64,000 nucleotides of DNA from Lama glama (GCA_028534125.1 CM052817.1:81966001-82030000), one strand, 5' to 3'; shown: positions 38,489 to 52,681, counted from the first letter of the stretch. The notes: generated by a model from the sequence alone, not told the origin. Translations and numbers: made by a program.

Positions 38489-41400
38489 GATAAGCTTATG
38501 AAACAAAGACTTGAGTAGTCCTGAACTTCAAGTTTAATAAGGTAAGATATTCTTAGAACCAAATTGCAATGAGGATATTATGTGGTGCAGCAATTGCAGA
38601 ATAACCCTTCATACTCTTTTATTACTTATATCAGATTATTTCACTAAAATACCTTGGCATGTAAGTAACATAAATATATTAAGATAGAAAAACAATTCTA
38701 CTTTTTAATCTCCCAATAGATGACAGCAAGTAAGAATTAATTTGTCTGTATTTTTCAGAGGTACACTTAGCCATCTGTTGATTGAATTATTAATACTCCC
38801 ACTGAATCCATGTGTTGTTGTTACTTTTCCTTTGGTAACAATTAAGAAGCACCAGTTTGTAGATTCTCTTTCTTCCTGTAATACAAGTTTAATTTATTCT
38901 CTATCATTAAACATTGTATTGCAGAGGAACATATTGAAATATTCAACAGAGGGTAATTAGCATTCTACATTGTATATGCAGTAATAATGCTTAAAATGAC
39001 TTCAAAATTTTGTAAGTAAACTCACATTAGAGCAAAACCAACTTGATTGTCTTAACAGTTAATTTAGACAAACCAAGTGACTTACTGTCCCCTGAAGACA
39101 TTTCTGTTTTCTCCTAACTCTTATATTGCTCAGTTTTCTACTCAATAACAGAATCAAACTTACAGAATTTTCTTTTGCCAAAATAGAAATTTTCCCAGTG
39201 GCTTTCAGTGAAGGGCAGAATAATCAGCAATGCTACAGGAGGGCTGATAACAGATATTGTGGTTTTAATAAAGCAGAATTCAAATTTGCTGATTAAGTTT
39301 GTTGCTTAAAAGTCAGGGACATTAAGGCATCAAAACTGAAAGGCTCAAAAAAAAATTCCAAAAGAATAACTTCAAAATACTTCAATTAACTAGTGTCTGC
39401 CTACTTTTTTAAAAAATGAGAGTACTTGGAGCAAGAGAAGCAATTTAATCCCACTGCCAGCTGATCTTATTTCCCCCTCATTGAGTGGCAAATTAATATT
39501 CTATTTTATTTCCAAGGCACAAATATAATTTGAGTCCACTGTAGTTGTATAGCTTGATAGCAAACTAGATAAATTTAAATGCATACTTGTTTTGTGCATT
39601 TGTTATAATCTTTGCAGGTTTTGGATTGTAGTATCTTCAACTAAACTGGACTTCCTGTAGAGAGATGAAATCTTCTCCAACTCTAAACATTTTACAAAGG
39701 CCAGAAGTTTCTAAGGCAAAATAAAAGAAAGCTGAAGAAAATCTGATATTTTCCACAACACTGATGGAGCATAGGAAAAAGAAAGTTTAGAACAGAACTG
39801 AAAATCCATTAAATGTTCTGTGTCCCAGGGGGTAACCACTGCTAGTCTTGAATGCTCAGTAGATTTTCCATTACAATTTTTTTGGATGAGCATTTTATCT
39901 CAGTAAAATAGTTCTCTGTGTTCCTGTGACCCTCATTAAGCTACTCAAAGGAAACACTTGTTAACTGCCCTTTATCATTACCCTCCTTAGGTAGAAAAGT
40001 CTGCGTTTAAGTTTTTTGTTGTTTACTTATAATTTTTTTTGTTTGTTTTATGCCATTTTCCCTGATCAAGAAGTCATCATAAGTCCCCATGAACTTTCAA
40101 CAGAATATTTTAAACGATTATAGTATCTTGTTTTTAGACGGGGTATTTCTGGGAATATATTATTTTTGTAAGACTAGGTCAAACAAAAGAGGTTCTGAAA
40201 TTTTTTTTTATGACTTCATGTCAGTTTTCATAAGTAATGCTGAAGAAAATGATTCTTAAATTTTGGTTCATCCACAAGAAATAGTACAGTATGACTTCAA
40301 CAAATTTAAATGATTTTAAAGCTAGACAAAAGCAAAGTATTTTTGTGAAATTTTAAGTTAACATAAAAGCACTGCTTTCAAAGGAACTATTTTTCATACA
40401 TTATTGTGAAAGAAAAAATCCTACACTTTTAATTTGGCATAAGTACTACTCATCAAATAAAATAACGTGACTTCACTATATTCATACATTGCTTGAAAAT
40501 ATATTTATTAAAATTGTTTCTTTGCACAAAGTATAGTTCACATTTTAAGTAACTGAATCTTAAAATCAGTTTAAACAGCAACAGCAAATGAAAATTACAC
40601 TTCAAGATATTTCATAAGAAGCAGTCAAGATCCCAAAGCTTGTCTCTTGTTAATATATTGCATAGAAAAGAACAGCACATGCATTTTCAAATAGGTACTC
40701 ATACTTGGGTATGTTAAAACATAGTTTGTAAGACCAGAGAAGCTCAAACTCACCACCTTCTGATAGTGACAGTATATGTTAGTGATGTTTCTAGAAAGAA
40801 TTTTGTGTAAAAAGAATAATAGAGGACAGTTTATTGTCTGATGGAACTCACTGAACATCAGGAAGTTATCTCATCAGCTGCAATGAGATTGTTGGAGGAG
40901 GTGTAAGAGGAGCTTTAAGAGAAGACCCTTGGCACAAATTGGCCGGTTGCAATTGGGATTCATTTGCAGCATTTCTGAAAACATGAAGTAATTCTTTCTT
41001 GTAATATTTTCCCTCATCAAAGGGATATCTGATAGAATAATGAACACCATACCCCTCCGGGAGCTCGGCAGTTAGCGATACCACAGTTAGGAGTTGGGTG
41101 GGTTGCCCTGCTGGCAGTAATCAGGAACTCAGTTATCACTTTTGAATAAAGATGAGTGAGTCACCTCCCAGAGCTTTCATCACTTCCTTCCTATGTGCCT
41201 CCACTCTGTATAGGATTGAGTGAGGAGAATTCAAGCTGAGAGTGTTTCCAGGGAATCACAGGCACTGCGTTCTTAGTAGTTTCCAGCTCACCCTTTCCTA
41301 ATGGATCCTGGGGAGAACAAGAAAAATTGCGCTCCCGAAGCAGTTTCTAAGTATATACATTTACCTTCTGACATTCTCTTTCAATCATTATTTTATTTAA

Positions 41401-41539
41401 CACATACTGATTCAGCCCCTGTTTATGCCAGAGACGAGGATGAAGAAGAGAGAGACGTGCCTTCCTACATCTTAGAGTCTGGAGACACCGCAAATCTCGG
41501 AGTCAAGGTCGCATTTCATGTATGTGAGAAAACGAAAGC

Positions 41540-42047
41540 TCCATTTGTGTCCTATTGCTGCTCTAACAGATAACCACGGACGGAGGGGTCGAAGGGGACA
41601 TAAGTTTACTGCCATACGTTCACAGCGGTCAGAAGTCTTCAAAATCAGTTTCACTGGGTTAACACCAAGGTGTCAGCAGGCCTGTGTTGCTGATAGAAGC
41701 TCGGAAGGAGAATTCATTTCGTTGCCTTTTCTAGCGTCCAGAGTTCTCTTATAATCCTTTTGTGGCTCCTTACTCCATCTTTAAAGCCAGCATCATGCCA
41801 TCTTCTCTCCTCTCCGATCTCTGTGTCCACCTTTACATCATTTCCCTCTGACTCTGATCCTCCTGTCTCCTTCTTCTAAGGATAGATGTGATTATATTGG
41901 GCCCAACTGGATAATCCAGGATAATCTCCTATCTCAGGATCCTTAACTCGATCACATTTGTAAAATTCCTTTTGTACATAAGGTAGTGTACTCACAGGTT
42001 CCTGGTTCGGATGCAGACATCTTTGGGATCACTATTCAGTGACCACA
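41540..42047 (-). mobile_element. MaLR solo LTR (MLT1C/D-like) inserted into an antisense L2 fragment (~41380-41540 and ~42050-42280)
   Basis: tcctattgctgctctaacagataaccac...ggtcagaagtc...aaggtgtcagcagg...gtgattatattgggcccaactggataatccaggataatctcc...actattcagtgaccaCA. Confidence 0.85.
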
Positions 42048-44563
42048 GTGACCAAAGAGCTGAGATGGAGGAGTGAACCGTGGTACAAGCAGAGGCTGGT
42101 GACTGAGGCAGGAGTCCGTTCTTCTAAGCTGTTTGGATTCCTGTGTAAAGTTTGGATTTACTATTAACACCACAAGGAATCCTTGCAGTTTTTTTCCCTT
42201 TTTTAATCAAGAAATTTATATGACCTAATTTATGTCACCTATTCTGTGAACAATGGGTGGGAATGGAGCACGAATAAAAATAAAGCCTTACTTGTTTCCT
42301 GTATTTTCATTTATTCCTCTGGAAAATGAAATAAGTAACAATTAGGCTGGTGTTTGTGAGATAAAATACAGTATTTTACAAACTTAGTTCACTATAAAAA
42401 GGAGAACTGACTTTCAGCCTCTATACTAGAAAAATTACTAACTGTGAAATTTGGGAAATGAAGGCCATACTACACATTAGATTTTACATGAGTTTAGAGT
42501 TCAGTGATATACTCTCAGAAAATGCATGGTTGCTTCACACAGTTAATTGAAAAAACAAAAACAAAAAACCTTCCAGCGTTATGTAACTAAAGCCAATTAC
42601 TCTAAGACACCATAGTCACAGCAGGGCTTCTCCACCATAACTTAAATTACCTCTTTAATTTGAATACTATTGTTCCAGTTCCATTACTTATTTGAATGCT
42701 CAGAAAATTCTGAACTGCCCTCCTAATTCTTCTTCACTTGGTGTTTGTGATGAAGTAGAGTCATACTACAGGTTGACAACCCAAAATATTTAGGTCATGT
42801 AAGTTCTTCCTGGGATATATTTGCAAAGGACTTTGCCTGAAATTAAGGCATCCTGTGAATCCTCAGCATTATCAATGACGGTCAAGTCCGGATCTTAACA
42901 AACAGCACCAGGAGGGAGACTTTGTGTTGCCAACTCCACATGGCTTCCTGTTTCAGAGAGGCGCGCTCTGCCCAGCTCTGTGCATGGTTCTCCCACCTTG
43001 TCCTTCTGCCAAAAGGTGATTTCTCCCAGGAAAAGTTACAGTCACTTCTAAGGCACGGGTTCAGCTTTGATCAATGTTAACTAATTTGAACCATGTGAAG
43101 GCTGATTGTTGACCTCTTCTTAAAAGACAATTTAAAAAATTAAAACTTCATAGTTTTAAAACAGTTTTATGAAACCAAAACTGGGGGGAAAAAACCTGAA
43201 GAAAAGATAGGGCTGGTGCTATCATAAAACTCTAATGTGGACCACAGCTTCACGAGTGCCCCACATCTGCCCTCTGAAAATTCTTACTGACCTCCTGGCT
43301 GGCTGGGCCTGGGTGTCTAATTAAACACTGGAAGGAACATGGCAACATCTGGACCTATCCGAGGTGGTATAAACTTAGTTACGCCATGCACGTGACCTGG
43401 TGAATGTGGGCGTTCAGTCCAAATGAAGGTCCATCTACACATGACATCCACGTCAGGAAATAATACAAATCTAAATGATACTTAGAAATAATTATAATTA
43501 TAAAAAGAAAGCTAGGCATAAACACGAGCAATTCCAGTGCGTTAGGACAACTTTCTTTTAATCAGCCTTTAAGAAAATCATAACATTTAGTAAAGAGGTT
43601 AACTGGGGCCAGTTTTTTTGATACTTTTAAAATTTCACAAATGGGAAGCTCTTTAATGCAGTTTCTTTTCAACCTCTCAACAAACCTTAAGGAGCTTCTG
43701 CAGTAAGAGGAATCGTCAGAATCATGCAGCTTCTCTTGGCCACCAGTCTTTTACCTAGTGATTAAATAGTCTGGCTGTAAACCACCCAGATCATTGTTTT
43801 TTTTACCCACAGTGTGAAAGAAAAATCATCTGTGTGCCAACCCCACATCATATAAAACCCTAACAATGTGTTGAGTGTGACTTAAGAGCCCATAATGCAT
43901 TTTTCATGAAGGTAAGGAAAATCCATTAAAGAGATTAATTTGTGTTTGGAGAGCCTACCTCTCTACAGCCAAAAATATTTGTTCTGTTAACTGGTCTGCT
44001 GATGCTCTGAGAGCTCTGCGGCCCATGGATGGCATTGTTATTGTACCATGTTACATCCTCCGCAGGTGGATCATTTAGAAATGATCTAAACAGTTATTTC
44101 TCAAAGGCAACTATTAATATGATGCTAAAATGGTTTTTTTTCTTTTTGGTTATTATTATAGTTAATTAAAAAATTTTTAAGGACATTATAGTTAAAAATT
44201 TTAAAAGAGCTATTTGGGGCCCAGTAATGCTTTTCAGGAATATTCATGTTACAGAAAGCTGCTCTGTTTATTTGCTGCTCTACTAGATCTTCCTAAAAGA
44301 AAATTATAGTGTCTGAAATACATTGTTTAATTGCTTAGCATCATTATAGATTTAGCTATTTTGATAATCTCACTGAAGAAATATAATTAATAGATTTGAG
44401 TTGAATTCCATACTTAAGAATTATGAAACGATCAAATGCAGCCTCTATGGTATCAATAACTGAAGTTACACAGACTCATTACGGTGAGGTACGATCTGAA
44501 GGTCAGGAGCGGAGCACACAGTTTAACCCCCACACCACCTCACAGCTCAGTTACTTTTGTCTG

Positions 44564-44735
44564 CAGTGAGTCTCAGCATTGCTCATTGGACTCACCAGAA
44601 GCCCTTGGAAAATATATATGCCTGAGTCCTACCCTGACAGTTCCTGGTCTCACTGGTCCGGAGCTGAACCTGAGAATCAATTGTTGCCCAAGCTCTCCAG
44701 GTAATTCTAATATCTAGCAAAGCTGAGAACCATTA
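44564..44735. mobile_element. MER5-family hAT MITE
   Basis: Termini cagtgagtctcagc...gctgagaaccatta; internal cattggactcacc, atgcctgagtcctaccc, aagctctccaggtaattctaat. Confidence 0.7.
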
Positions 44736-45724
44736 AGCTAGAAGAAGAAGAAAAGATCTGAAAGTGGAATGCCCTTGTTAAACATGGGCAGGAGGAAGAG
44801 AAGGAAGCAAATTTTATTTTCCCCAGATCTTTCCATCAACCAGCCCAGTTTCCTATTTTCCACTTAGGACTGTCCTAACTTAGAGGTGTCACTGTTGAGT
44901 TGTTAACCAGAAATGATAAGCCTCTGAGACCTGAGGTTCTCACTCTGCGGAGGGGCTTTCGTCAGCAGATGTAGCCACTGCACGTTGTGTGGGGTGTTCG
45001 CGGCCCGGGGACACACAGGTGGTGATGAAATCTAACCTGTGTGCCCTCTTCAGGCTGCCCCTGATAGAGGACTTTTCCTCCCAGAGGAAAGATGGCCTTT
45101 TTCTCATTCACACAAAGATTCATGCAAAGAGGAGAGTGGTAGACCTTGAAGAAATGGAAGAGTTGTGTTGTAGATGAGATTCTTGGGTTAGCCAAGAGAC
45201 AGTGCCTGTCACCAAATCATATGCTGACTCAGGGTGGGAGGAGCAGCCTCAGAGCAAAGAGCAGATCCAGCCTGGCCTTGGGGAACCAACGCAGAAGCCA
45301 AACTCAACTGAACTCCAGAGGCCAAAGTAGAATGAGCAAGAACTGTGCAACGATGGCAAGGAGCTGGAAATAACTCCCGGTCTTCTGACACAGTGTAAGC
45401 CGGGAACCCGATCCTACTAAATGGGGTACCGCGGGAAGAATTATCCTTTGATATATGAGTAGTAAGAGATGGGTGTTGGGGATGGCTCATTTTGCTCTGG
45501 TTAAACACATAAAGAAAAGTGATCCTACAGGGTCTTGGCACAGAAGATTAGGTTAGATACATAGAATACTGTAGGATTTATGGAAACACACACACATACC
45601 TCCCAGTAAAACACATGCACAAACTCACAGAACACACACATTTGTTTTATTAGAATTCCTGGATATTCCAACCAAGCTGTGTTTGAAATACAGAAAAGAG
45701 AGAGAAAGGACAGCAAAATCATTA

Positions 45725-45920
45725 AGAATATGGGGTCTAGAGACAGATTTAAGAAGATTTTAATTCTGTATGCTCTTGAAGAGTTTACCTAACTTCTTAT
45801 ACTCGATCAATCAAAAGTAAAAAGGATGATAACGGTACCATGCTGGTTGTCGTGAGGGTTAAATCCACGTAAAAAGCTGAGTGCAGAGCTTGGCACATTA
45901 CAAATGCTTAATAACAGTTA
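45725..45920 (+). mobile_element. MIR SINE
   Basis: ttaagaatatggggtctagagacagattt...ggttgtcgtgagggttaaat...gcttggcacattacaaatgcttaataa. Confidence 0.7.
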
Positions 45921-48731
45921 TTTTGTTTTTAATTAATCAGTTCACAATCTAAGTTTAGCAAAGGAGTAAACACCTTGACATTCATTCTTTGCCAACATAT
46001 TACAAAATGCTTCAGAATTGTCCTCATTACAAAGTAGTCTTCCCCACTGAGGGAGCTCTTCCTTTTTAAAATTTTGCAGTTAAACAAAATCATAAGCTTG
46101 GAGAGCGACAGTTTTCTAAAAGATTGGCAGGGGGCCTGGAATTTTTAAAAACAATAATTCTTATCACCCCTTCAATCATCTGAACCACTCCAATCACTAC
46201 CAAAACACTTCTTTGTTACCATAGAGACCCATAGAGATATTCATATATTAAATAACAAACACTGCTCAACAAGAATAGAAATTAGGATGAAACACTCCTG
46301 GTTAAATTCCTGAATTAGATTTCATTTTGCCAGAAAATGGGCATGAAGGAGATTGGAACATATGGAGGATTCTGCAAGTTTAATTGTAAAACAAATTTTG
46401 GTACTTGACATACAGTAAAGTCAGCACGTTGAATAAGAAAGGCTCATTGGATGTGATCAGAAATTATATTTTCTTCTATAGCGATTCCCCCTACATAGCC
46501 ATTCTCTATGGGGATAATTCTTGCCCACTTTTTAAAATACAATTAAGAGATTTTTCTGGATGCTGTCAGACAATAAAACACATTTTGGTGACTTTAATCC
46601 CTCAACCAGTCTCAGTGCATAATACACTTTTATCATGTAACATGTTTAGGGCTGTAAACTTGTCAAAATTCTACACTTCTTTCAAAGGAAGATCTCCTGG
46701 TTTCTACTAGCTTTGGGTGTGTTTGTGGAGGGTGGGTGTCTAAGATGCCCGGGAATCTTACTCTAAAGAAATCCTCCAAATCTCATGGCTCCTGCCCTCT
46801 GTTCCACTCTAAATAGGTGACGTGTGAAGTGCCAAGAGCCACTAAGGAGTTTACTCCCTTCCTTTGTGTGTCCAGCGCAGGTGTTCTTGAACCTCTTTTT
46901 GGAATTTAGGGGATTGGTGTTTAATGTCTTGAAGCCTTAGTTGAAATTTTCCCCTTTTTAATACTCTTGCATAAACTGGTGTGTTGGGAGGTATCTTCTT
47001 AGAAAGGACAAGGGTCAGATGTTATAAAGCAGTTTTTCCAATTCCTGAACCACTGAAGTGTTCAGTTTAGCTCTACTAGCTTTTGTTTGCGTTTTCGAAT
47101 TAGCAAAGTGCCATTTAATACAATGAAGCCATTCTTCACTCAGTGATGTTACCAGAGAGGGTGAGATGTTACCAGAAAAATCCGCACAGTTTCCCGAGAT
47201 TACTGAGTGCTGTAGGTATTTTAAATCTTCTGCTTTCTCCCTGTCTCCTCCCTCTTTCTCCTCCTTTCACAAAAACAGCAAGAATAACAACTAGTAACTT
47301 AAGACTTTCTGTATCTCAGGCAAAGGTAGCCAGGTACAGACAGTATCCCTTGAAATTTGGCTGTCATACTCAACAACACTAAATATCCCTTTATAATGTA
47401 TATTCAAAGAGTAAAACCCCAAAATCAAATAATTAAATTTGTTAAACTTATTAATTACATTTATAAACAATTAAATTAGATCAAAATAAAATAAACAATT
47501 TTAGCCAATACTTCAGAAAATTAATTCCTCTGAAACCATCCTATCAGCGTTAGTATTTATCAGCTTTCATTTTCTGAAAGACCTCTAGACCAGCCTTGCA
47601 AAATTGCCACGGGTAATTCTTATTCTTTCAAAAAGAGTGGAAAGGTGTTTTGTTCTTGTAGGAATCCAGGAAATGTTTTTGTTCAACTGAAAATATTCCA
47701 TTCTTTCTTTACAAACTGTAGCAGCAACACCTCCCACCTGTCAGCGTTATACATACACCAGCAAGAGGATTTAATCATGTTCCCAAGCCTGTGTGGTGGA
47801 CTCAGGCCCCTCCGCACCCCGCGTACAATGTGGAGGGAAGTGCATATGCATGAGGAAGAGACTCATTAACTCTATGGCAAGTCTGTGGTTCAAAGTATCT
47901 ATTTTGTGGAGGGTCAAAAAGGTTATGTAACTCTCATTTTAATCAACATTTCCAAAATGTGAAAGTAGACTTCTTTTCTTTTCAAAAGAACTGGGTGGAG
48001 GGGTGGGGAGTAGAGATAATTCCTCTAATAGTATCAAACACACTTACAGGCAGACATTTGGGAATAAAAAATGTTATGTGCAGATTTTCAAGGGCTTAAA
48101 GCCTTTCAAATAAATGTATGCACCATTAGCATTCACTCAGCTATAAAGGCTTTGATCTTCCTTTAAAAGAAACTAGGGGAAAAAAGAAGGGAGTAAAAGA
48201 AGGCAGTGAGAAAGCGAAGCTGGCAGCAATTTGAATGCTGCCAATTATTACACCACTTATAAAGAGCTAATTAAACACGATCGCTTCCAAGAAGAATCAT
48301 TTTTACTCTTTTTATGTTCTCTTTTTGTTTATCCTGTAAAGAAACTTGATTATTGATAAGACCCACATTGCAAGCTAAATGGGAATGTCTTTTGACAAGA
48401 ATGGTACCATTTCTTTAGTTTCCTCAGGTCTAGTCTATATGGTATTTCTGGCTTAGGAATTCTATTCTCATGAATTCAGCTGTAAGTTCAGTTTCAACAG
48501 TATGCATATAAAATGTAAGATTACTGAATTTCTATCTGCAGCACTATTCTCTCTCTGTATTCATACCAGATCATAAACATAATCAACTTATTAATATTTC
48601 CAACCATTAATAATTGTCCAGCCAGACTCTCAAGACCTACTCATCATTCTAAATAAATGCTCTCCTCTGTCTAATCCTCCTATTTTCAATTAGTAATCAA
48701 GGCTTATTTCTAACTCCCTCCTATCTCTGTG

Positions 48732-50028
48732 ATAATGTTTCAATCATATATATATATATGCATATATTCATTTTCATATTGTTTCATTATAGGTTACTAC
48801 AAGATATTGAATATAGTTCCCTGTGCTATAGAAGAGAAACTTGTTTATTTTTATAGTAGTTAGTATCTGCAAATCTTGATCTCCCAGTTTATCCCTTCCT
48901 ATCCTCTTTCTCCTGATAACCATAAGATTATTTACTATTGAGGCGGGAAGCCCCATAAAAAGACCAGCAGGACCCCCAGGCAGGGCCACTACTCTCCTGC
49001 CAGCACCATCTAGTTCCCTGGCCCAGAGGCTCTATCTCACTTTTTGCCTCTAAAGTGGCTAACTTACACCTAAAATTCTATTGGTTCCCTGAGCTCATTT
49101 CTGATTGGTTATTTCCTTCACTCCTGATTGGTTATTACTCTCACTTCTGATTGGTCCACTTCCCTAACTTCTGATTGGTCCATTTGTAGTACTTCATTTG
49201 CATGGAGCTCACTCCTGATTGGTTATTTCTCTCACTCCTAATTGGTCTATTTCTACAAACTTGTTCCTGGTTGGTCAACTTCTGTTATACTTTATTTGCA
49301 TATGATGTTGCAAAGTGTAAAACTGGCAGCCTATAAAAGGCCTGTGTAAACCTACAGACGGGGTCCAGAGCTTGAAGTGTTAACTTCTCTGGGCCTGCTG
49401 GTGTAATACACCTGAGTTCTCCAACTGTCAGAGTGCTGCTTGGTCTCTCGCCTGGATTCAGGTTGCTGTAACACTGAGCTGTAACACATTTTTCTGCAAC
49501 ATTTTGTCTGGGAATTTGTTTCTGTTTTGTAGATGAGTTCATTAGTGTCTTCTTTTTTCTTTTTAGATTCCACATATGAATGATATTATATGATTTTTTT
49601 TTCTTTTTCTGGCTCACTTCACTTAGAATGATGGTCTCCAAGTTCATCCATGTTGCTGCAAATGGCATTATTTTATTCTTTTTTATGGCTGTTTAGTATT
49701 CTGTGGTATAAATATAGCTCAGCTTCTCTATCCAGTCATCTTTCAATGGACATTTCAATTGCTTCCATGTCTTGGCTATTGTATAGAGTGCTGCTATGAA
49801 CATTGGGGTGCATGTATCTTTTTGAATTAGAGTTCTCTCTGGATATATATCCAGGAGTGGGATTGCTGGATTAGTTTTTTGAGGAATCTCCAAACTGTTT
49901 TCCATAATGCCTGTACCAAACTACATTCCCACCAACAGGGTAGGAGGGTTCCCTTTTCTCCACAGCCTCTCCAGCATATATCGTTTGTGGACTTTTTAAT
50001 AATGGCCATTCTGACTGGTGTGAGGTGA
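48732..50028 (-). mobile_element. 5'-truncated L1 (ORF2 C-terminus and 3' UTR), interrupted by an LTR at 48939-49501
   Basis: Frameshifted ORF2 remnants in the ORF track ([99 protein letters not shown]). The 3' UTR continues on both sides of the LTR. Confidence 0.95.
48939..49501 (+). mobile_element. ERV1-like solo LTR (~563 bp)
   Basis: TG...CA termini (TGAGGCGG...TGCAACA) cleanly splitting the L1 motif cataag...ctat|gtctg, with a 4-bp degenerate TSD ctat/tttt. U3 has repeated CTGATTGGT; TATAAAA at 49332-49338; poly(A)-like AATACA at 49405-49410; duplicated GCTGTAACAC in U5. Confidence 0.85.
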
Positions 50029-50029
50029 A

Positions 50030-52110
50030 CTTTTAATGAACATAAATTTAAAATTTGGATTCCAGTTTATCAGTCTGTTTCTTCATGGCAACTGCTTTTG
50101 GGGTTCTGTTGCAGATATCCTTCCCTACTCTGACAGCATGAAGACGTTATTGTACGGTATATTCTAGAAACTGTATTTTTTTTTTCAGTCACATTGATCT
50201 ATAACGTACCTCAAATTGATTTTTGTGTATGATGTGAAATAGTGGTCAAGTTTCTTCCACACAGATTTCCAGTCGTCCCATCACCATTTATTGAAAAGAT
50301 CACCTTTTCTCCACTGCTGTGCACTGCCAAGTTTGTCTCTGGTCCTTATGTATGTTCATTTGTGCCTGGGCTCTCTATTTATATATTGTTGTATTTTTCT
50401 ATTCTTATAGTACAATGTCTTAATTATATAATTTCATAATAAATCTTAAAATCATTTAAAGTAAGTCTGTCCAATTTTAAAAAAGTTTTCTTGGTGCCTT
50501 TATATATCATTTTAATTCAACTCATCAAGTAAGATGCTTGTAAAATGTGATTATACATTTATCATAATAAGGAAGTTCCTATGTTTCGTAATCTCTTTAT
50601 CATGAATAGTTGTTGAATTTATCAAATGTTTTTCTGTATCTTTTGTTAATCACAGAATTTTCTTTTCTGTTATGTTAATGTGACAAATTTCATCAATTTT
50701 TTCAAATATTAATGTAAACTTATAATTATAAAATAAAAACCAAATAGTAAAACAATAGTATCCTTTTAAAATATTTACTGGATTTGATTTAATATATTTG
50801 TTTAAAATGTTTGCATCCAATTAATGAATAGATTGCTTTGGAAATGTTATTTTTAATAATAATTTTTATGTTTTGGCATCAAAGCCTGAATTCATAAAAA
50901 TAATATAGTGAGTGTTCTCTCTTCTGTTTTCTGAAAGTTTCTGGGAATATGGCATTAAGTATTTTTTAAGATTTTAGTATTTTAGTATCAATTGTGGTTG
51001 AAACAATCTAAGCACAGAGTTTCATTGTGAGAAGTTAATATTGCTTACAAATGCTTTTTTAATAGAAGTATTCATATTTGTCAATATTTGTTTTGTTTTG
51101 AAATATTTCTAAATTTGCAAATTAACTTGCATAAGATTATTCATATTATGTATAATGCATATCAATGATGCAATCATGCAATAATTATTAGTATGACAAT
51201 ATTATGTTTTGTGTGGATGGTTTGTAGCATTCTATCCCATTCATTACTGACATTTATTATTTGTGCCTTTCACTTTTATCCTTCTAATTATTTTTTAGGG
51301 ACTTAACATTTTTAATGACTTTTCATGAAAACAACTTCACCTCTGTTGATGATTTTAGTATATGATTGTTTTCTATTTCTATTTCTATTTCTATTTCTTA
51401 TTTTCATTATCTTTTTTCTTTTATACTTTTGGGATTTAAATTGCTGTTTGTATGTTGCTAAATTTCTAATTGATTTTTAGGTTTTTTTTCTTTCCTAATA
51501 CATTCATTTAAGGCAATATTTCTCTGTAAACATGACAAGGTATTAAGGTAGCATTTTATGTACTATGAATTATTATTTGTTTATAAATGATTTCCAATAT
51601 TAAGTATGATTTGTTCTCTAACTTTTGAGTTATTTAATAATATGTTGTTTTATTTAAGGACATATAGTATTTTGTAATTACCTTCTTCTGTTGATTTCTT
51701 GCTTCATTATATTGTTGTCAGATTGTATTTTCTGCATAATTTAGATTTTGAAATGTAATGAAACAAGCTTTCAACCTAGCACATGGTCATTGTTTTGTTC
51801 ATGTGCTAAAAAATAATGTGTATATTGTTCTGTGGAGGATCACAGTTCCTTACATATTAAGTAGTTCAATTTTGCAATCTTGTTGTTCAAATGTGCTGTT
51901 TGTAATATTTATATTTTTCTACTTTTTCAATCAGTTACTGGTAGAAGTATCTCAGAATCTCCTGCTACTGTGAAGTTGTCCATTCCCTTTTAGTTATGCC
52001 AGATTTGACTTTGTATGTTTCTAAGTCATATTTTTAGGTACATACAAATTTATAATTTTTATATCTTTCTGTTGAAACTTTTTTTAGTATGAAATGTTTC
52101 TCTTAATTTC
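50030..52110 (-). mobile_element. Old, fragmented L1M (ORF2-region relic)
   Basis: T-rich degenerate antisense L1 motifs (aaattgatttttgtgtatgatgtga, ccatttattgaaaag, tgttgaatttatcaaatg, aataatgtgtat, ttaggtacatacaaattta). Confidence 0.75.
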
Positions 52111-52681
52111 TAGTTATGAGTTTTACCTGTACATCTTTTTTATTTGTATCCATGTCTCTTCCTGTTGCTGTCTCTTTTAGTATTTTCATGGTGTGTCTTT
52201 TTCCATTCTTTAGCTATAAGCCTTTTTCTCTCTCTCTTTCTTTTTTTTCTTTCTTTTTGTGCCTAGGTGATTTATGCAATGTTATTTATCAGGTGAGAAA
52301 TTTCTGTATCAGTTTTGTATATAATCATTGGACATCCTGAATCATGCAGTTTGAATACTCATAATATTTTTCACTGGCAAATCTACAAATGGTATTTATA
52401 GACATAAACCTTAAAAATAATTCCTCTACATTATTTATTTTAGTGATTTTCATTATTTTTACCATTTTATTTTACCATTAAAATATAATGATTATTCACA
52501 TCAAACAGAACATAGAAGTTGAACGTCATTTTGATGACAAGCTTGGGTCACAGTTAAGTTAAAAAATATGTTAAAGAGTCATGTATTAGTGTTCATACAG
52601 CCTATAAAATATAAGCCTGCTTTCAGAATGTTCAAATTTACTCTTGCTTATGTAGGTTTCCTTTTTTTTTTGGTTTAAGGG

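Noticed and set aside
49080..49275. CRISPR-like array suggested by regularly spaced short repeats
   Set aside because: The context is eukaryotic and the units are near-identical tandem repeats without unique spacers; it is an LTR U3 enhancer repeat.
49294..49308. OCT4-SOX2 composite motif in the LTR
   Set aside because: The octamer is perfect, but the adjacent bases (ATGATGT) do not match the SOX half (NACAATG).
49285..50009. Minus-strand ORFs resembling L1 ORF2, including a 127-aa L1/LTR chimeric ORF
   Set aside because: Frameshifted fragments of a truncated L1. The chimera is a chance read-through across the LTR junction, with no evidence of expression.
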